Shown here: in pieces, positions 29,741-40,500 of the stretch | Layout: every line of letters starts with the position of its first letter | Numbering within the stretch: position 1 is the stretch's first letter | IMG/VR virus record: IMGVR_UViG_3300042544_002482 | Location: 29,593 to 93,592 of that record | Source of the DNA: a virus | DNA length: 64,000 nucleotides | Reading direction: 5' to 3' (one strand) | Program-made: the position numbers and the translations under genes | Notes under the pieces: generated by a model | What the model was told of the DNA's origin: nothing | Seen by the model: only the letters and a program-made list of their open reading frames with translations | Databases searched by the model: none

Positions 29741-29746
29741 ATGTTA

Positions 29747-29754
29747 TATAAATA
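29747..29754 (-). promoter_or_regulatory. TATTTATA putative late promoter
   Basis: 6 nt upstream of the 29740 ATG. Confidence 0.55.
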
Positions 29755-29768
29755 GTTCATTGATTGGA

Positions 29769-29975
29769 TTAGATCTCAACAATTCTGTAAACTCTTTCAG
29801 ACGGATCTGCGGTTTCTAACTCAGTCTTTTTGGTTTCAGCTTCTTCTAGGGTGTCGAACTCATCCACAGTATCTTCTGCGTTTAATTTTGCTACCCATAT
29901 TTGTCTTTTTGCCCAATCTGGATCACCATTATTGGTGTCTACTGGTACGAATTGTTTTTGTATTCTATATGCCAT
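29769..29975 (-). CDS. small hypothetical tail-associated protein
   Basis: 68 aa, preceded by the TATTTATT variant (29979-29986). Confidence 0.55.
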   Translation of the reverse strand: MAYRIQKQFVPVDTNNGDPDWAKRQIWVAKLNAEDTVDEFDTLEEAETKKTELETADPSERVYRIVEI

Positions 29976-29989
29976 ATTAATAAATAGTT

Positions 29990-30358
29990 TTATTCTTCAG
30001 TATATTCTACCCAAGATTGTCCATCTTCATTCCACGTATAAACTTTACCATCAGATGGTCTTTCTATTGGTGCTTCCCATAAACAAGTTTCTTCATTTAA
30101 CACCCAAGAAGAGAATGGTTTTGATGGTAAAAATGCATCTCTAATTTCATCATACGTATCATCTAAACCAGCATATCTTTTTCTAAAATTTGAATTATAT
30201 GATGTTTGTTTCCACGTTCCAGTTAACCCAATTGAACTTATAAAATTTTGTCCAACGATTTCACTTTCAGGAAATTCTAAATTTCCGCAATCCTCGTTTG
30301 TAATTACAATAACTTGTTTAACTATATTGTTTTCATCTATTTGTGCAAAATGTGCCAT
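29990..30358 (-). CDS. 'MAHFA' family tail-fibre chaperone-like protein
   Basis: MAHFAQID.N.V.QVIV...WKQTSYN..FR..YAG...D.F..P.P..SW...W.AP...Y.W.E; a family I recall typically following Gly-rich fibre genes. Confidence 0.65.
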   Translation of the reverse strand: MAHFAQIDENNIVKQVIVITNEDCGNLEFPESEIVGQNFISSIGLTGTWKQTSYNSNFRKRYAGLDDTYDEIRDAFLPSKPFSSWVLNEETCLWEAPIERPSDGKVYTWNEDGQSWVEYTEE

Positions 30359-30371
30359 ATTTTTTTAATAT

Positions 30372-32861
30372 TTAAATTCCGTATTTATTTTTATATGAGT
30401 TATAATTTTGTAAAACTTCAGTAGAAGTTAAAACTCGATTATATAATTTAAAAACACCCATATTACCTTTGAAAAAATCTAAATTCCAGTTCTGCCCTGA
30501 ATTTGTGTTAAAACTTTTTCCAATATCAATAATATTAGATCCAATGTATATACCTGGTGATGACCATTGTGCATATGTTGCTACATCAAAATTTGCGGTG
30601 GCTGATAATACACCATTTAAATATATTTCCATCAAACCTGTTATTGTGTTTTTATTGAAAATAACATGATGATATTGATTTAAAGTAATTGTTGACGTTG
30701 TCTGTGCAACAACATAAACTTGTGATGCGGCGATAACCGACGCCCATATTTGATTGTTTTCACGAATATATAACCAACCAATAGTACCGTTGCTATAACC
30801 ACCGTTATGTCTATAACCACCCAAACTCATTCTTGTATTGTTTGTTGTTGGTTTAAAAATAACCTCAATTGCACTACTACTTAAATGACTATGACTTGTT
30901 GGTATATCTAAAATTTGATCATTAACTCCATCAAATAACATTGTACCACCATTTTCAGGACTATAAGCAATATCACCCGTTAATACCGCATGACTTCCGT
31001 ATCCGCTTATATCATTCCAACCAGCTCTTGTTGTGTCTGTTGGTGTAAATGTTCCGCTTGATGTAAATGTATGAACTGTATACCCATTAACTGTTGATAT
31101 TGTTCCTCCAGTTGCTTTTGGAGCTCCGAAGTATCTTACACATACAATACCCGAACCACCATTTCCTGAACCTCCACCGGCACCTCCTGTTGTTCCTCCA
31201 CCTATTCCACCAGGCGAACTTGATCCACCACCTCCACCGCCAGAAAACCAACCACTCGCGTTAAAGTTTGTACCAAATTTATCACCATAATATAATCCAT
31301 TACCACCTCTACCACTATTATTTCCATTTTGACTATCTTGTCCCATGTTACCGGCTCCTCCACCACCACCTCCAGGATAATTTGGTCCTGTATAATTTCT
31401 TGCTCTTCCTCCAGCATATCCTTGACCTGTTGTTCCTGAACCGGCGAAACCATCTGGTCCATCTGGACCATCACCACCTCCACCTGAACCACCACTTAAT
31501 CTATTAGTACCACTAACATTACCACCATCACCGGTATAACTAGCACCTCCGCCACCACCTGATGCTGTAACACCAAACGCTGAACTATCCGAACCTTTAT
31601 TACCACTTGCATTTGTTACTGATGTACCACCAGCACCAACCACTATTGATGAAGCGCTTTGTGTTTGATTTATGTTTAAAGTTGTTGTACCAAATACTAA
31701 TCCACCGGCACCTCCACCTCCACCAGAACCACCAGGTCCATGATTTCCACAACCACCAGCACCTCCGCCAGTATTTGCAGTTCCATCTGGTGATTTTGTA
31801 CTACCTCCACCACCAGCACCGCCACCAGCAACTATGAGATACTCAACAGTTAATGTTTGTGTAAATCTAGTTGGGTAACTTACATCATTTGACGCGTCTA
31901 AGTTTAATACAACACCATCTGTTACGTTTATATTTTCATTGATTGATGATTGATTTTTGGTATAACGTATAATAACAATACCCGATCCTCCAGCACCACT
32001 ACTTCTAATTGTTGATCCTCCATTGGCTTCAGTACCTCCACCTCCACCACCTCTATTTGCAGTTCCACTAGTTGCTGTTGCTCCGCCGTGTATGCCACCC
32101 TTTCCACCACCACCTAATCCACCATTACCACTATCTCCTCCATATGATACTGAGTTTCCTCCACCACCACCGCCACCATAATATGTGGCAGTTCCTGATA
32201 TAATACTTTGCATTCCATTTCCGCCAGAACCGGACCCACCACTTTGTGGCCCAATACCGGCAAGACCAATACCACTTGCACCTCCACCGCCTGAAACAAA
32301 ATCACCACTTCCACCATTACTACCTTGTCCTCTTGTTCCTAATGCCACTGTTGGTCTTTGGTTGCTACCTCCACCACCGGATCCTCCCGCATTACCTCGT
32401 CTTCTATCTGGTATAGTACCACCGTAAGGTGAACTTAAATCATCACCTCCACCTCCACCACCACCTATTGCAGTTAATCCTAATGCAGTTGTATTTGAAC
32501 CATTATTACCAGCAGGTCCTGTTGTACCTTGAGCGGTTCCACCACCTCCAATTGTAATATTGTATGATTGTTTGGCTAGTGTCATCATTCCGGTTAATAC
32601 ACCTCCCGCACCTCCTCCGGCGCCGGGTGTACCACTATTACCATAACAGTTTCCACCACTACCCCCACCAGCAACAATTAGATATTCAACCATTAAAGTT
32701 GGGTCAATAACTGTGAATTGTCCACTACCTGTAAATGTATGTATTCTGTAATTACCTGATTCTGTTATTGTTCCACCAACAGCTCTAATACCTTGAGCCC
32801 TCAATAAAGATTCAGAATCGAATCCATTTAACCCTCTTTGTTGTGATGATTTTATTGCCAT
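30372..32861 (-). CDS. glycine-rich virion protein (two Gly-rich domains plus C-terminal LamG)
   Basis: two VEYLIVAGGG..G...GGSGIV.RY / HTFT.SG units; C-terminal LamG (FDG.ND...YLNG...FKG...YNRVL..EV.QNY). Confidence 0.8.
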   Translation of the reverse strand: MAIKSSQQRGLNGFDSESLLRAQGIRAVGGTITESGNYRIHTFTGSGQFTVIDPTLMVEYLIVAGGGSGGNCYGNSGTPGAGGGAGGVLTGMMTLAKQSYNITIGGGGTAQGTTGPAGNNGSNTTALGLTAIGGGGGGGDDLSSPYGGTIPDRRRGNAGGSGGGGSNQRPTVALGTRGQGSNGGSGDFVSGGGGASGIGLAGIGPQSGGSGSGGNGMQSIISGTATYYGGGGGGGNSVSYGGDSGNGGLGGGGKGGIHGGATATSGTANRGGGGGGTEANGGSTIRSSGAGGSGIVIIRYTKNQSSINENINVTDGVVLNLDASNDVSYPTRFTQTLTVEYLIVAGGGAGGGGSTKSPDGTANTGGGAGGCGNHGPGGSGGGGGAGGLVFGTTTLNINQTQSASSIVVGAGGTSVTNASGNKGSDSSAFGVTASGGGGGASYTGDGGNVSGTNRLSGGSGGGGDGPDGPDGFAGSGTTGQGYAGGRARNYTGPNYPGGGGGGAGNMGQDSQNGNNSGRGGNGLYYGDKFGTNFNASGWFSGGGGGGSSSPGGIGGGTTGGAGGGSGNGGSGIVCVRYFGAPKATGGTISTVNGYTVHTFTSSGTFTPTDTTRAGWNDISGYGSHAVLTGDIAYSPENGGTMLFDGVNDQILDIPTSHSHLSSSAIEVIFKPTTNNTRMSLGGYRHNGGYSNGTIGWLYIRENNQIWASVIAASQVYVVAQTTSTITLNQYHHVIFNKNTITGLMEIYLNGVLSATANFDVATYAQWSSPGIYIGSNIIDIGKSFNTNSGQNWNLDFFKGNMGVFKLYNRVLTSTEVLQNYNSYKNKYGI

Positions 32862-32864
32862 ATA

Positions 32865-33194
32865 TTATGTTAATTCTGAACCAAATGCGTTAAAACTCAT
32901 ATTTGCAGAACTTGCATATATTGTTATTACATCTGTTGTTGCTAAAGTTATTCCTAATGTGAATGTTACGGTATCGTTTGCTGCAATTGCCGAATCGAAC
33001 ACAATATAGTGTTGATTTGCAAGTGATGCACCTGATGGCCGAACTGCAATTCTAAATGTTCCCGCAGAACTATCTCTATTACATACTGTTAATGTTGACA
33101 CTATAGTTGAAGTACTTGAAGGTACTGTGTATAGTGTTGTTGCTGTTGTTGCTGAAGGTGCTGATTGACCTAATACTTTATAAGTTGCTGGCAT
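32865..33194 (-). CDS. small virion connector protein (YKVLGQSAP family)
   Basis: MPATYKVLGQSAPSATT.T.LYTVP...FNAFGSE; follows a fibre ending in FLLMG. Confidence 0.6.
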   Translation of the reverse strand: MPATYKVLGQSAPSATTATTLYTVPSSTSTIVSTLTVCNRDSSAGTFRIAVRPSGASLANQHYIVFDSAIAANDTVTFTLGITLATTDVITIYASSANMSFNAFGSELT

Positions 33195-33206
33195 ATTTTA
33201 AATTTT

Positions 33207-34781
33207 TTATGATCCCATTAATAAAAATTGTTGAGCGAATAAATCATTTGGTAATGATAATCCGTTTATTGTTCCTGTTGTTGTTAAGTTACCATTAATT
33301 GTTGCGGAACCAGATGTTAGTGTTAATGTTAAATTTGAATCTCCAACAAAAAATCTTAAACCGGATGTATTATCCGCACCATATATTGATCCTCTATTAA
33401 CACCATCTTTTCTAAAAAATAAATAGGGTTCTCCAGATGTACTTCTATTAATTAGAACTCCACTTGAATTAACGTTAATGTCTCCGGTGGTTGTTAAACT
33501 ACCGCTAACAATTGCATTACCATTAACATCTAATGTTGCATTTGTTCCATTCTTATTAATGCCTACTTGACCACTACCGCTTGCAAATATGATAACATTA
33601 CCATTAGCCGCAGTGGCATCATCTTCTCTGAAAATTCTTAACGCATTTCCACTCCAGTTATCTACATTATATCTATTAACTGGTCCTCTTAAAATTAATT
33701 GTCCACCTTCTGTTCCTAAATTATCAAAAGATGATTCTATTGACCCACTTACCCTAAAACTACCACTAACAATTTGATTACCTACAAATGTATTTGAACC
33801 CGTTGTTGCTAATCTTGCGATGTTTGTTGTTGACATGACATCAACTTGTGCACTTCCCGACACAACACCTGATGGTAATTGAGCACTACCGCTCCATACA
33901 CCACTTCCATTTAATATTTGTGATGATCCTGAAACTAAATTAGAACCTGGAACACTAATCGTTCCACTAACCAATAAACTTCCTGTGAATGAGTGAGCAT
34001 CGCTTAACTCATCTCCGAATTTTGTGCTACCACTTCTATAAAGTATAGACGATGAAATATAAGTTGTTCTTAACTCTTGTGTTTCGATAAATCCTGTAAC
34101 AATTAAACTACCTGTTATAGTTGCACTATTACCAATTTGAATTGCGTTTCCGTCTGATGATAATATCTTATTTCCAGCATATAATGTAGTTGTACCTTTA
34201 AGTGCAATAACTCCTGTTGTTGGGTCTAATATGACATCTCCTCCACCACTTGATTTCAATTCAATATTTCCATCGGCAGATTGAAGTGTGATGTTATCAC
34301 TTCCGGCCTCTAATATCTTAAATGACTGACCTGTATCAGTTGTAATTTGTAATTCTTGAGTAGTACTACCTAATACTTTTGTTCCATCAATGTATAACGA
34401 TGCTGATGAAAGATATAAGTGTCTAAATTGATGGGTTTCTGAACCTAAATCATACACATCTGTAACTGCAGGTATTACTGAACCTGAAATTGTTTGGTTA
34501 CCTTTGAATAGATTCGAACCTGTTGTTGCTAAGGTTCCAATAAGTGTATTTGTTGTTCCACTATATGTGTTAAACGAAGATGTTAATAGATAACTCGCAG
34601 CATGTGAAGTCGATATTGCGTTTTGTGTGGTACCACTTAAGATTAGATTACCTAATGTTAATCCTGTCATTCCTGATAGGTCGAGTGTACCTCCAGAAAA
34701 TGATATATTTGAACCACTACCTGAGATAAATGATACTACATTACCCGAATTGTCTTTAAATTTAAATGCTCCGTTTGCCAT
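33207..34781 (-). CDS. tail fibre (524 aa) with shared module, C-terminal FLLMG motif
   Basis: shared module, SGSxQ repeats, VGIN...LDV.G beta repeats, ends QQFLLMGS. Confidence 0.75.
   Translation of the reverse strand: MANGAFKFKDNSGNVVSFISGSGSNISFSGGTLDLSGMTGLTLGNLILSGTTQNAISTSHAASYLLTSSFNTYSGTTNTLIGTLATTGSNLFKGNQTISGSVIPAVTDVYDLGSETHQFRHLYLSSASLYIDGTKVLGSTTQELQITTDTGQSFKILEAGSDNITLQSADGNIELKSSGGGDVILDPTTGVIALKGTTTLYAGNKILSSDGNAIQIGNSATITGSLIVTGFIETQELRTTYISSSILYRSGSTKFGDELSDAHSFTGSLLVSGTISVPGSNLVSGSSQILNGSGVWSGSAQLPSGVVSGSAQVDVMSTTNIARLATTGSNTFVGNQIVSGSFRVSGSIESSFDNLGTEGGQLILRGPVNRYNVDNWSGNALRIFREDDATAANGNVIIFASGSGQVGINKNGTNATLDVNGNAIVSGSLTTTGDINVNSSGVLINRSTSGEPYLFFRKDGVNRGSIYGADNTSGLRFFVGDSNLTLTLTSGSATINGNLTTTGTINGLSLPNDLFAQQFLLMGS
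33918..34530. repeat. copy of the ~600-bp dispersed repeat (shared fibre module)
   Basis: ATTGSN...LQITTDTGQSFKILEAGSD...ETQELRTTYISSSILYRSGSTKFGDE...VSGSSQ. Confidence 0.8.
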
Positions 34782-34785
34782 TAGT

Positions 34786-34793
34786 TATAAATA
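34786..34793 (-). promoter_or_regulatory. TATTTATA putative late promoter
   Basis: 4 nt upstream of the 34781 ATG. Confidence 0.55.
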
Positions 34794-34796
34794 GTT

Positions 34797-34919
34797 TTAA
34801 TTTGTTTCCTCTACCCAAGTTCCGTTGGTATATACATACCAAACTTCATAATGTAACACTTTATCCCCTTCTTTAGCTTCGGGGAAAATTAAATCGTTTA
34901 TGTTTGTTATTTCTTCCAT
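34797..34919 (-). CDS. 40-aa small protein (not in ORF track)
   Basis: MEEITNINDLIFPEAKEGDKVLHYEVWYVYTNGTWVEETN; A-rich leader; fills the gap after the 877-aa fibre. Confidence 0.65.
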   Translation of the reverse strand: MEEITNINDLIFPEAKEGDKVLHYEVWYVYTNGTWVEETN

Positions 34920-34928
34920 ATATTTTTT

Positions 34929-37562
34929 TTAATAAAGACTACTAGCTGTATTTGTATAGGCGGTAGCTGAAACATACCTATCTTGGAACCCATATCCAAA
35001 TGATTGATGCCAATCTATATGTACCCCATGATATGAACCACCGCCCAATGCTAATATTAATGTTACATACCCATCAGATGAAACATACGCACCATACCAA
35101 ATTGTTCCAGTAGTTACTTGGTTATATATCGACCCACTCCAATTATGAAATGCTAAATTTCCTTCTCTGATGTATGCCGAACTATATGAATATAATTTAG
35201 CGGAAAACATAGACATTGTTGGTTGTGAATTATTACCTCCACCACCACCCCATAGAGTTGTTTTTAAATGTAGATATTGATAACCATCCCAACTATTGGT
35301 ACCTGATTGATACCAATTATAAATTGATCTATTTGATCTTACTGGTCCCTCAACACTTAATGTTGCCGAACTATAATTTCCAGTACCACCAACCGTTAAT
35401 TTATTAGTAAAATAAGCAGGTCCTGTTGGGGTTAATCTAAACCGTTCAGTTGGGGTTGTTCCACCCGCTTGTGTAAACCACCTAAAATTACCTCCTGTTG
35501 CAAAAGTTGCACCACCCACAATTTTAAAATCTATATTATCACTTGTCTCTCCTGGTCCAAGATTGTAAGTTGTACCTAAATAATTCATATAGGCATAAAA
35601 CTGTGTATTTGTACCTGCGTGAGTTGTAATTTCTCCAGCAACTTGTAGTTTATTTGTAACCGTGGTAAATCCAACTCCTAAATTACCATTTGATTTAATC
35701 ATTACAATACCTGAACCAGTTGAAGAATCAAATCTGATATCATTTGCAACTCCGGTGGAACCCATATGTATAACATTGGTACCCGAATCTTGACCTAAAA
35801 TCCAGTTTTGTGATGCTCCAGCCCTTATTGCAACATCTTGATTCATTAATATTGAACCTCCAGTTAAAACTGTTAATTTAGTTGATGTTTCGTTATCGCT
35901 CCAAAATTGTAATCCTGTTGCGGTTGCACCGATTTGCCAACTAGTACCTGTACTTGTTAATTGTAACCATCCAGTTACAGCACCACTTTGTAATTTTGCC
36001 AAAATACCATTAGACGGTGAGGCGTCATATAAATGTAATCTTTGTGTTGGTGATGATTGGTTTATACCAACAAATCCATTACCACTATCAATAACAATAT
36101 CACCACCTCTTGCTGAGTTATTTGCAATAATATATGTTTTACCATCTTGACCTTGTCCAAAATATGAACTATATGAACCACCAGCATTTACCCAGTTTCG
36201 TACCCTAATAAATGAACGTGTTCCTGAAGTGTAATCTCTATTTTCAAATTGTGCTATTGTGTAAAAGCTATTTGCAACATTTGATTGTACATCCAAATAA
36301 AAAGATGGATCTACATTGACACCTAAATAACCACTTGAATTTAGTGTTAATACTGTTGTACCAAATTTTCTAACAACTAATGAATTTGTACCACTATTTG
36401 CCACATCATACGTTATATACCCAGTACCATTATATCTAATATCACCAGATATTACACTGTTAAATGTTGGGTTTGATGTTGTTAATAACGCTTGATTTAT
36501 ATACGTTGAATATCCTGTTGTTCCTGTAAATGATATTTGCGCACTACCACTTACAGTACCCGATGGTAATTGTGCTGAACCAGATATTAAACCTGAAGGA
36601 AGTTGAGCAGAACCTGAAACAACACCTGACGGTAATTGAGCACTACCGCTCCATACACCACTCGCATTTAATACTTGTGAAGATCCCGAAACAATTCCAG
36701 AAGGGACATTTGATAAACCTGTATAAGATACTTGTGAACTACCCGAAACTAATCCTGAACCAGGGACACTAATACTACCACTTACCAATAAACTACCCGT
36801 AAATGCATGTGTATCACCTAACTCGTCTCCGAATTTTGTTGATCCTGAACGATATAAAATAGAACTACTAATAAAAGTTGTTCTTAACTCTTGTGTTTCG
36901 ATAAATCCTGTAACTGTTATACTACCTGAAACTGTTAACCCATCACCAAAAACAATATTGTTTCCGTCTGATGAACGAACTTTATTACCAGCATATATTT
37001 GTGTTGTGCCTTTTAAAGCAATAATACCTGTTGTTGGGTCCATTATCACATCACCACCTCCTGAAGTTGCTAATGTTATATTACCATCAGCACTTTGTAA
37101 TGTGATTGTGTCAGATCCAGCTTCTAATATTTTAAATGATTGTCCAGCATCTGTTGTGATTTGTAATTCTTGTGATGTAGAACCTAATACTTTAGTACCA
37201 TCAATATATAATGACCCAGAAGAAATGTAAATGTGTCTAAATTGATGTGTTGATGACCCTAAATCATAAGCATTTGTTACCGAAGGAATAATGGATCCAC
37301 TAATTGTTTGATTTCCAACAAAAATGTTACTGCCAGTTGTGGCATATGAACCAGTTACACCTTCAATTATATTTAATCTTGTTGTTACACTACTTGTAAA
37401 TGTATTTAACGAATGTGTCGCTGTCATAACATGACCCATCGTTGTATTCACTGATGAAGTATATGTATTCAGCGAAGATGTTGTTACTAACACATCTAAA
37501 TCAGCAACTGTATCACCATTTAAATTAAAACTACCTGTAATTTGAGGTCCGTCTATTCTCAT
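34929..37562 (-). CDS. tail fibre (877 aa) with shared module and integral C-terminal tip domain
   Basis: shared module, SGSAQLP repeats, G.(L/V)G(I/V)...P...L.V beta repeats, aromatic-rich C-terminus. Confidence 0.8.
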   Translation of the reverse strand: MRIDGPQITGSFNLNGDTVADLDVLVTTSSLNTYTSSVNTTMGHVMTATHSLNTFTSSVTTRLNIIEGVTGSYATTGSNIFVGNQTISGSIIPSVTNAYDLGSSTHQFRHIYISSGSLYIDGTKVLGSTSQELQITTDAGQSFKILEAGSDTITLQSADGNITLATSGGGDVIMDPTTGIIALKGTTQIYAGNKVRSSDGNNIVFGDGLTVSGSITVTGFIETQELRTTFISSSILYRSGSTKFGDELGDTHAFTGSLLVSGSISVPGSGLVSGSSQVSYTGLSNVPSGIVSGSSQVLNASGVWSGSAQLPSGVVSGSAQLPSGLISGSAQLPSGTVSGSAQISFTGTTGYSTYINQALLTTSNPTFNSVISGDIRYNGTGYITYDVANSGTNSLVVRKFGTTVLTLNSSGYLGVNVDPSFYLDVQSNVANSFYTIAQFENRDYTSGTRSFIRVRNWVNAGGSYSSYFGQGQDGKTYIIANNSARGGDIVIDSGNGFVGINQSSPTQRLHLYDASPSNGILAKLQSGAVTGWLQLTSTGTSWQIGATATGLQFWSDNETSTKLTVLTGGSILMNQDVAIRAGASQNWILGQDSGTNVIHMGSTGVANDIRFDSSTGSGIVMIKSNGNLGVGFTTVTNKLQVAGEITTHAGTNTQFYAYMNYLGTTYNLGPGETSDNIDFKIVGGATFATGGNFRWFTQAGGTTPTERFRLTPTGPAYFTNKLTVGGTGNYSSATLSVEGPVRSNRSIYNWYQSGTNSWDGYQYLHLKTTLWGGGGGNNSQPTMSMFSAKLYSYSSAYIREGNLAFHNWSGSIYNQVTTGTIWYGAYVSSDGYVTLILALGGGSYHGVHIDWHQSFGYGFQDRYVSATAYTNTASSLY
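36732..37345. repeat. copy of the ~600-bp dispersed repeat (shared fibre module)
   Basis: see the other copies. Confidence 0.8.
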
Positions 37563-40500
37563 TTCTTCTTATTTTTATTTTCTAATTTAGTAACTCTCTT
37601 AGTTAATTCTTTAATCCCCTCAACTAATAATGCGTTTACTTTAGCGTAGTCTAATAATTTAATTTCCTCTTCTTTACCACCTAATAACATTGTTCTTTTA
37701 GAAATTAATTCGGGTTGTACTTCATAAACTTCATCAGCTAACATACCGATTTGTTTTGTTCTATCATCACTATACTCCTCTAACCAATTGAATGTATAAC
37801 CATTTAATTTTTCAATCTTATCTAACGCACCTTCAATTCTAATTAAATCTGTTTTTAATTTCTTATCAGACGTTGTGTTGAAAGTATCCGCATCAACATC
37901 ACCCGTAACAACCAATGAACCTGTGATTCCAATGTTATATTGTGTGTTATAGAATGAACCTGTTTGATTGAATATGGATGTACTTCTTGGTCCACCTAAT
38001 GTGATAATTGCATTACCACTTGTTGGTGTTGCAAAATCAATTTGAACTCTATTGTTTGAAACTGCCTTTACTTTTTGTGGAATTAATTGTTCATCATTTG
38101 AATCATAAACATCAATATTTGGATATTTGTAATTTAAATTGTGATCAATAACCCACGAACCTGTTGCAGATGTTGCGGTGAATAAAAATCTATCCGCAGT
38201 TGCTGTTGTTATACCACCAACAGATACCAATGCATATCCATATTCAGGTGTTGCAAATGTTACTTGTGTTGTATTGACATCAATTGATGTGACATCAGCA
38301 GGTAACATTACTTTATTTGTTGAACCATCATAAACTGTTACGTTCGGATAGTTGTAATTTAAATTGTGTGTAATATTCCATGTTGTGGAACCAGTTGTTT
38401 GTGTAAACAAAAATCTTGAACTACCAACATTTGCACTTGATATATCTAATGAACCTGATATTACAACACTACCCGTTACAGATAAATTACCGTTTATATT
38501 TTCATTACCAACAAATGCATTACTACCTGTTGTTGCGTAACTTCCTGTTTTATTTATTAATAATGACAGTTTAGTGTCTTGCGCATAATCGTTAAGTTCT
38601 AACGCACCAACCCTTGTATTAAAAGATGATGAAATTGTTGTGAATGAACCTGTATCTAAAAATCCTAATCCACTAATTTGTGAACTTCCACTAACAATAC
38701 CATCTGGTTTGTTTGCAATATTATCCCAAGTTGTTTGTGTGATACTTCCACTAAGAACATATCTTGTGTCATATGAACCTGTTAATTGTTCTGAACCAGA
38801 AACAATACCATTCGGTATTCCTGTTAATCCCGAATATGTTATTTGTGAAGAACTAGAAACGATACCTGATGGAATTCCTGTTAATCCCGAATATGTTATT
38901 TGTGAACTACCCGAAATTAGAGTTGGTTTATTAATTAACCCAGAGAAATCAAAAGCCCCAGTTATTGAATTGGCAACCAAATCACCCGCAACTGTTATCG
39001 TTGTTCCAGTTTCAGATATGATAGATACGTCAATATGGTCTCCACCAACTGACTTAACAATTCTACCATTTATCAAGTTTGGTTCATCACCTAAAGACCC
39101 AGAATTTCTTGGTCCTGAAAGTAACATACCACCAGAATAAGAACTACCACTAGCGTTTTGATAAACCCAATGGTTATGTAAACTATCCCATGCTAATGAT
39201 GCTGTGGCATTTGAACTACCACTATCATAAACTTTTATTCCACCAAATCTTTCGGCGGGTTCAAATACATTTACACTTATGAATGAAGCACTTACAGCTA
39301 AATTTGATGATGTTACATATACAAGTGATGATGAACCTAATACTGTTAAATTTTGTGTAATTGTTAAACTACCTGTAACCGCGTAATCACCATTTAAATT
39401 TTTACTATTAACCCATACACTACCACTCTTAACCAATAAGTCACCGTATGATAAATTGGTTGTGGTATCATATACATCGTGTGATTCACCCAATTCTGAT
39501 CCGTTATCTACACGAACATATATTGAACCCTGATTTTGTTGAACTCTTAATACTTCACCAAGCCTAACACCGTGATTTGGCGCCACGGGATATGATGTAG
39601 TAAATGTTCCATTAGCACCTAAAAATAGTAACTGTCCTGCGGTCATTCCACTAGTATTAACACCAAGTAAAACACCTTCAGTAATTACCGAACCAAAACT
39701 ATCATTTGGAATGTCTTCAACCGCAACACCTAAAGTATTTGCGGATTGTCCTTCAGTTAAAAATGATGCAACACCAATTAATGGATTATCACCAACCGAA
39801 CCTACAATTCTAACAACGGTTCCCTTATTAATTTGGGTACCTGACATATTTTTACAATATACATCCGTCCGTTGTGCTCTAAAAGCAAAAGACGCTGTTG
39901 GTACTTGTTGTGAACCACTATATGTTTCAAGAACATCAAGTCTTGAATCTAATGAGCTAGATACTGTTGTATACGATGAGGTAAAAGAATTAAAATCACT
40001 TCTAATACTACCGCTTGCGGTTTCAAGTGAATCTAATCTACCATTTTGTGTATTGTTAATTGAAGCAACACTAGAACTTAAATTATCAATTGAACTTGAT
40101 AATGAAGAACTTAAACTTGTTATTGTACTTGTTAATCCGCTAGTTATTGTTGCAACAGATGAACTAAACGTTGAGTAACCTGTTGTACCCGTTAAGTCTA
40201 CCTGAATTGATCCAGATATTAATCCACTCGGTTTGTTTGCAATATTATCCCAAGTTGTTTGTGTGATTGATCCACTTAACACATAACGAGTGTCATAAGA
40301 CCCCGTTAATTGTTCACTGCCAGAAACAATACCATTCGGTATTCCTGTTAAACCACTATAAATAATTTGTGAACTACCACTAACTAATCCTTCTATTGTA
40401 TTTACCGAACCACTTAACAGGTGTCCACCTCTCGATACACTAACGTGACCACTAACGGGAACACTAAAATAAACTTTAATTTGATTTGTGTTTACGGATT

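Noticed and set aside
31140-32680. GC-richer CCACCACC low-complexity tract suggesting foreign DNA or a repeat element
   Set aside because: Explained by Gly codons (GGT/GGA) of the glycine-rich protein
20308-37562. Diversity-generating retroelement or invertase shufflon acting on the tips
   Set aside because: No reverse transcriptase or recombinase in the window; repeats are direct, coding, and not limited to adenine differences
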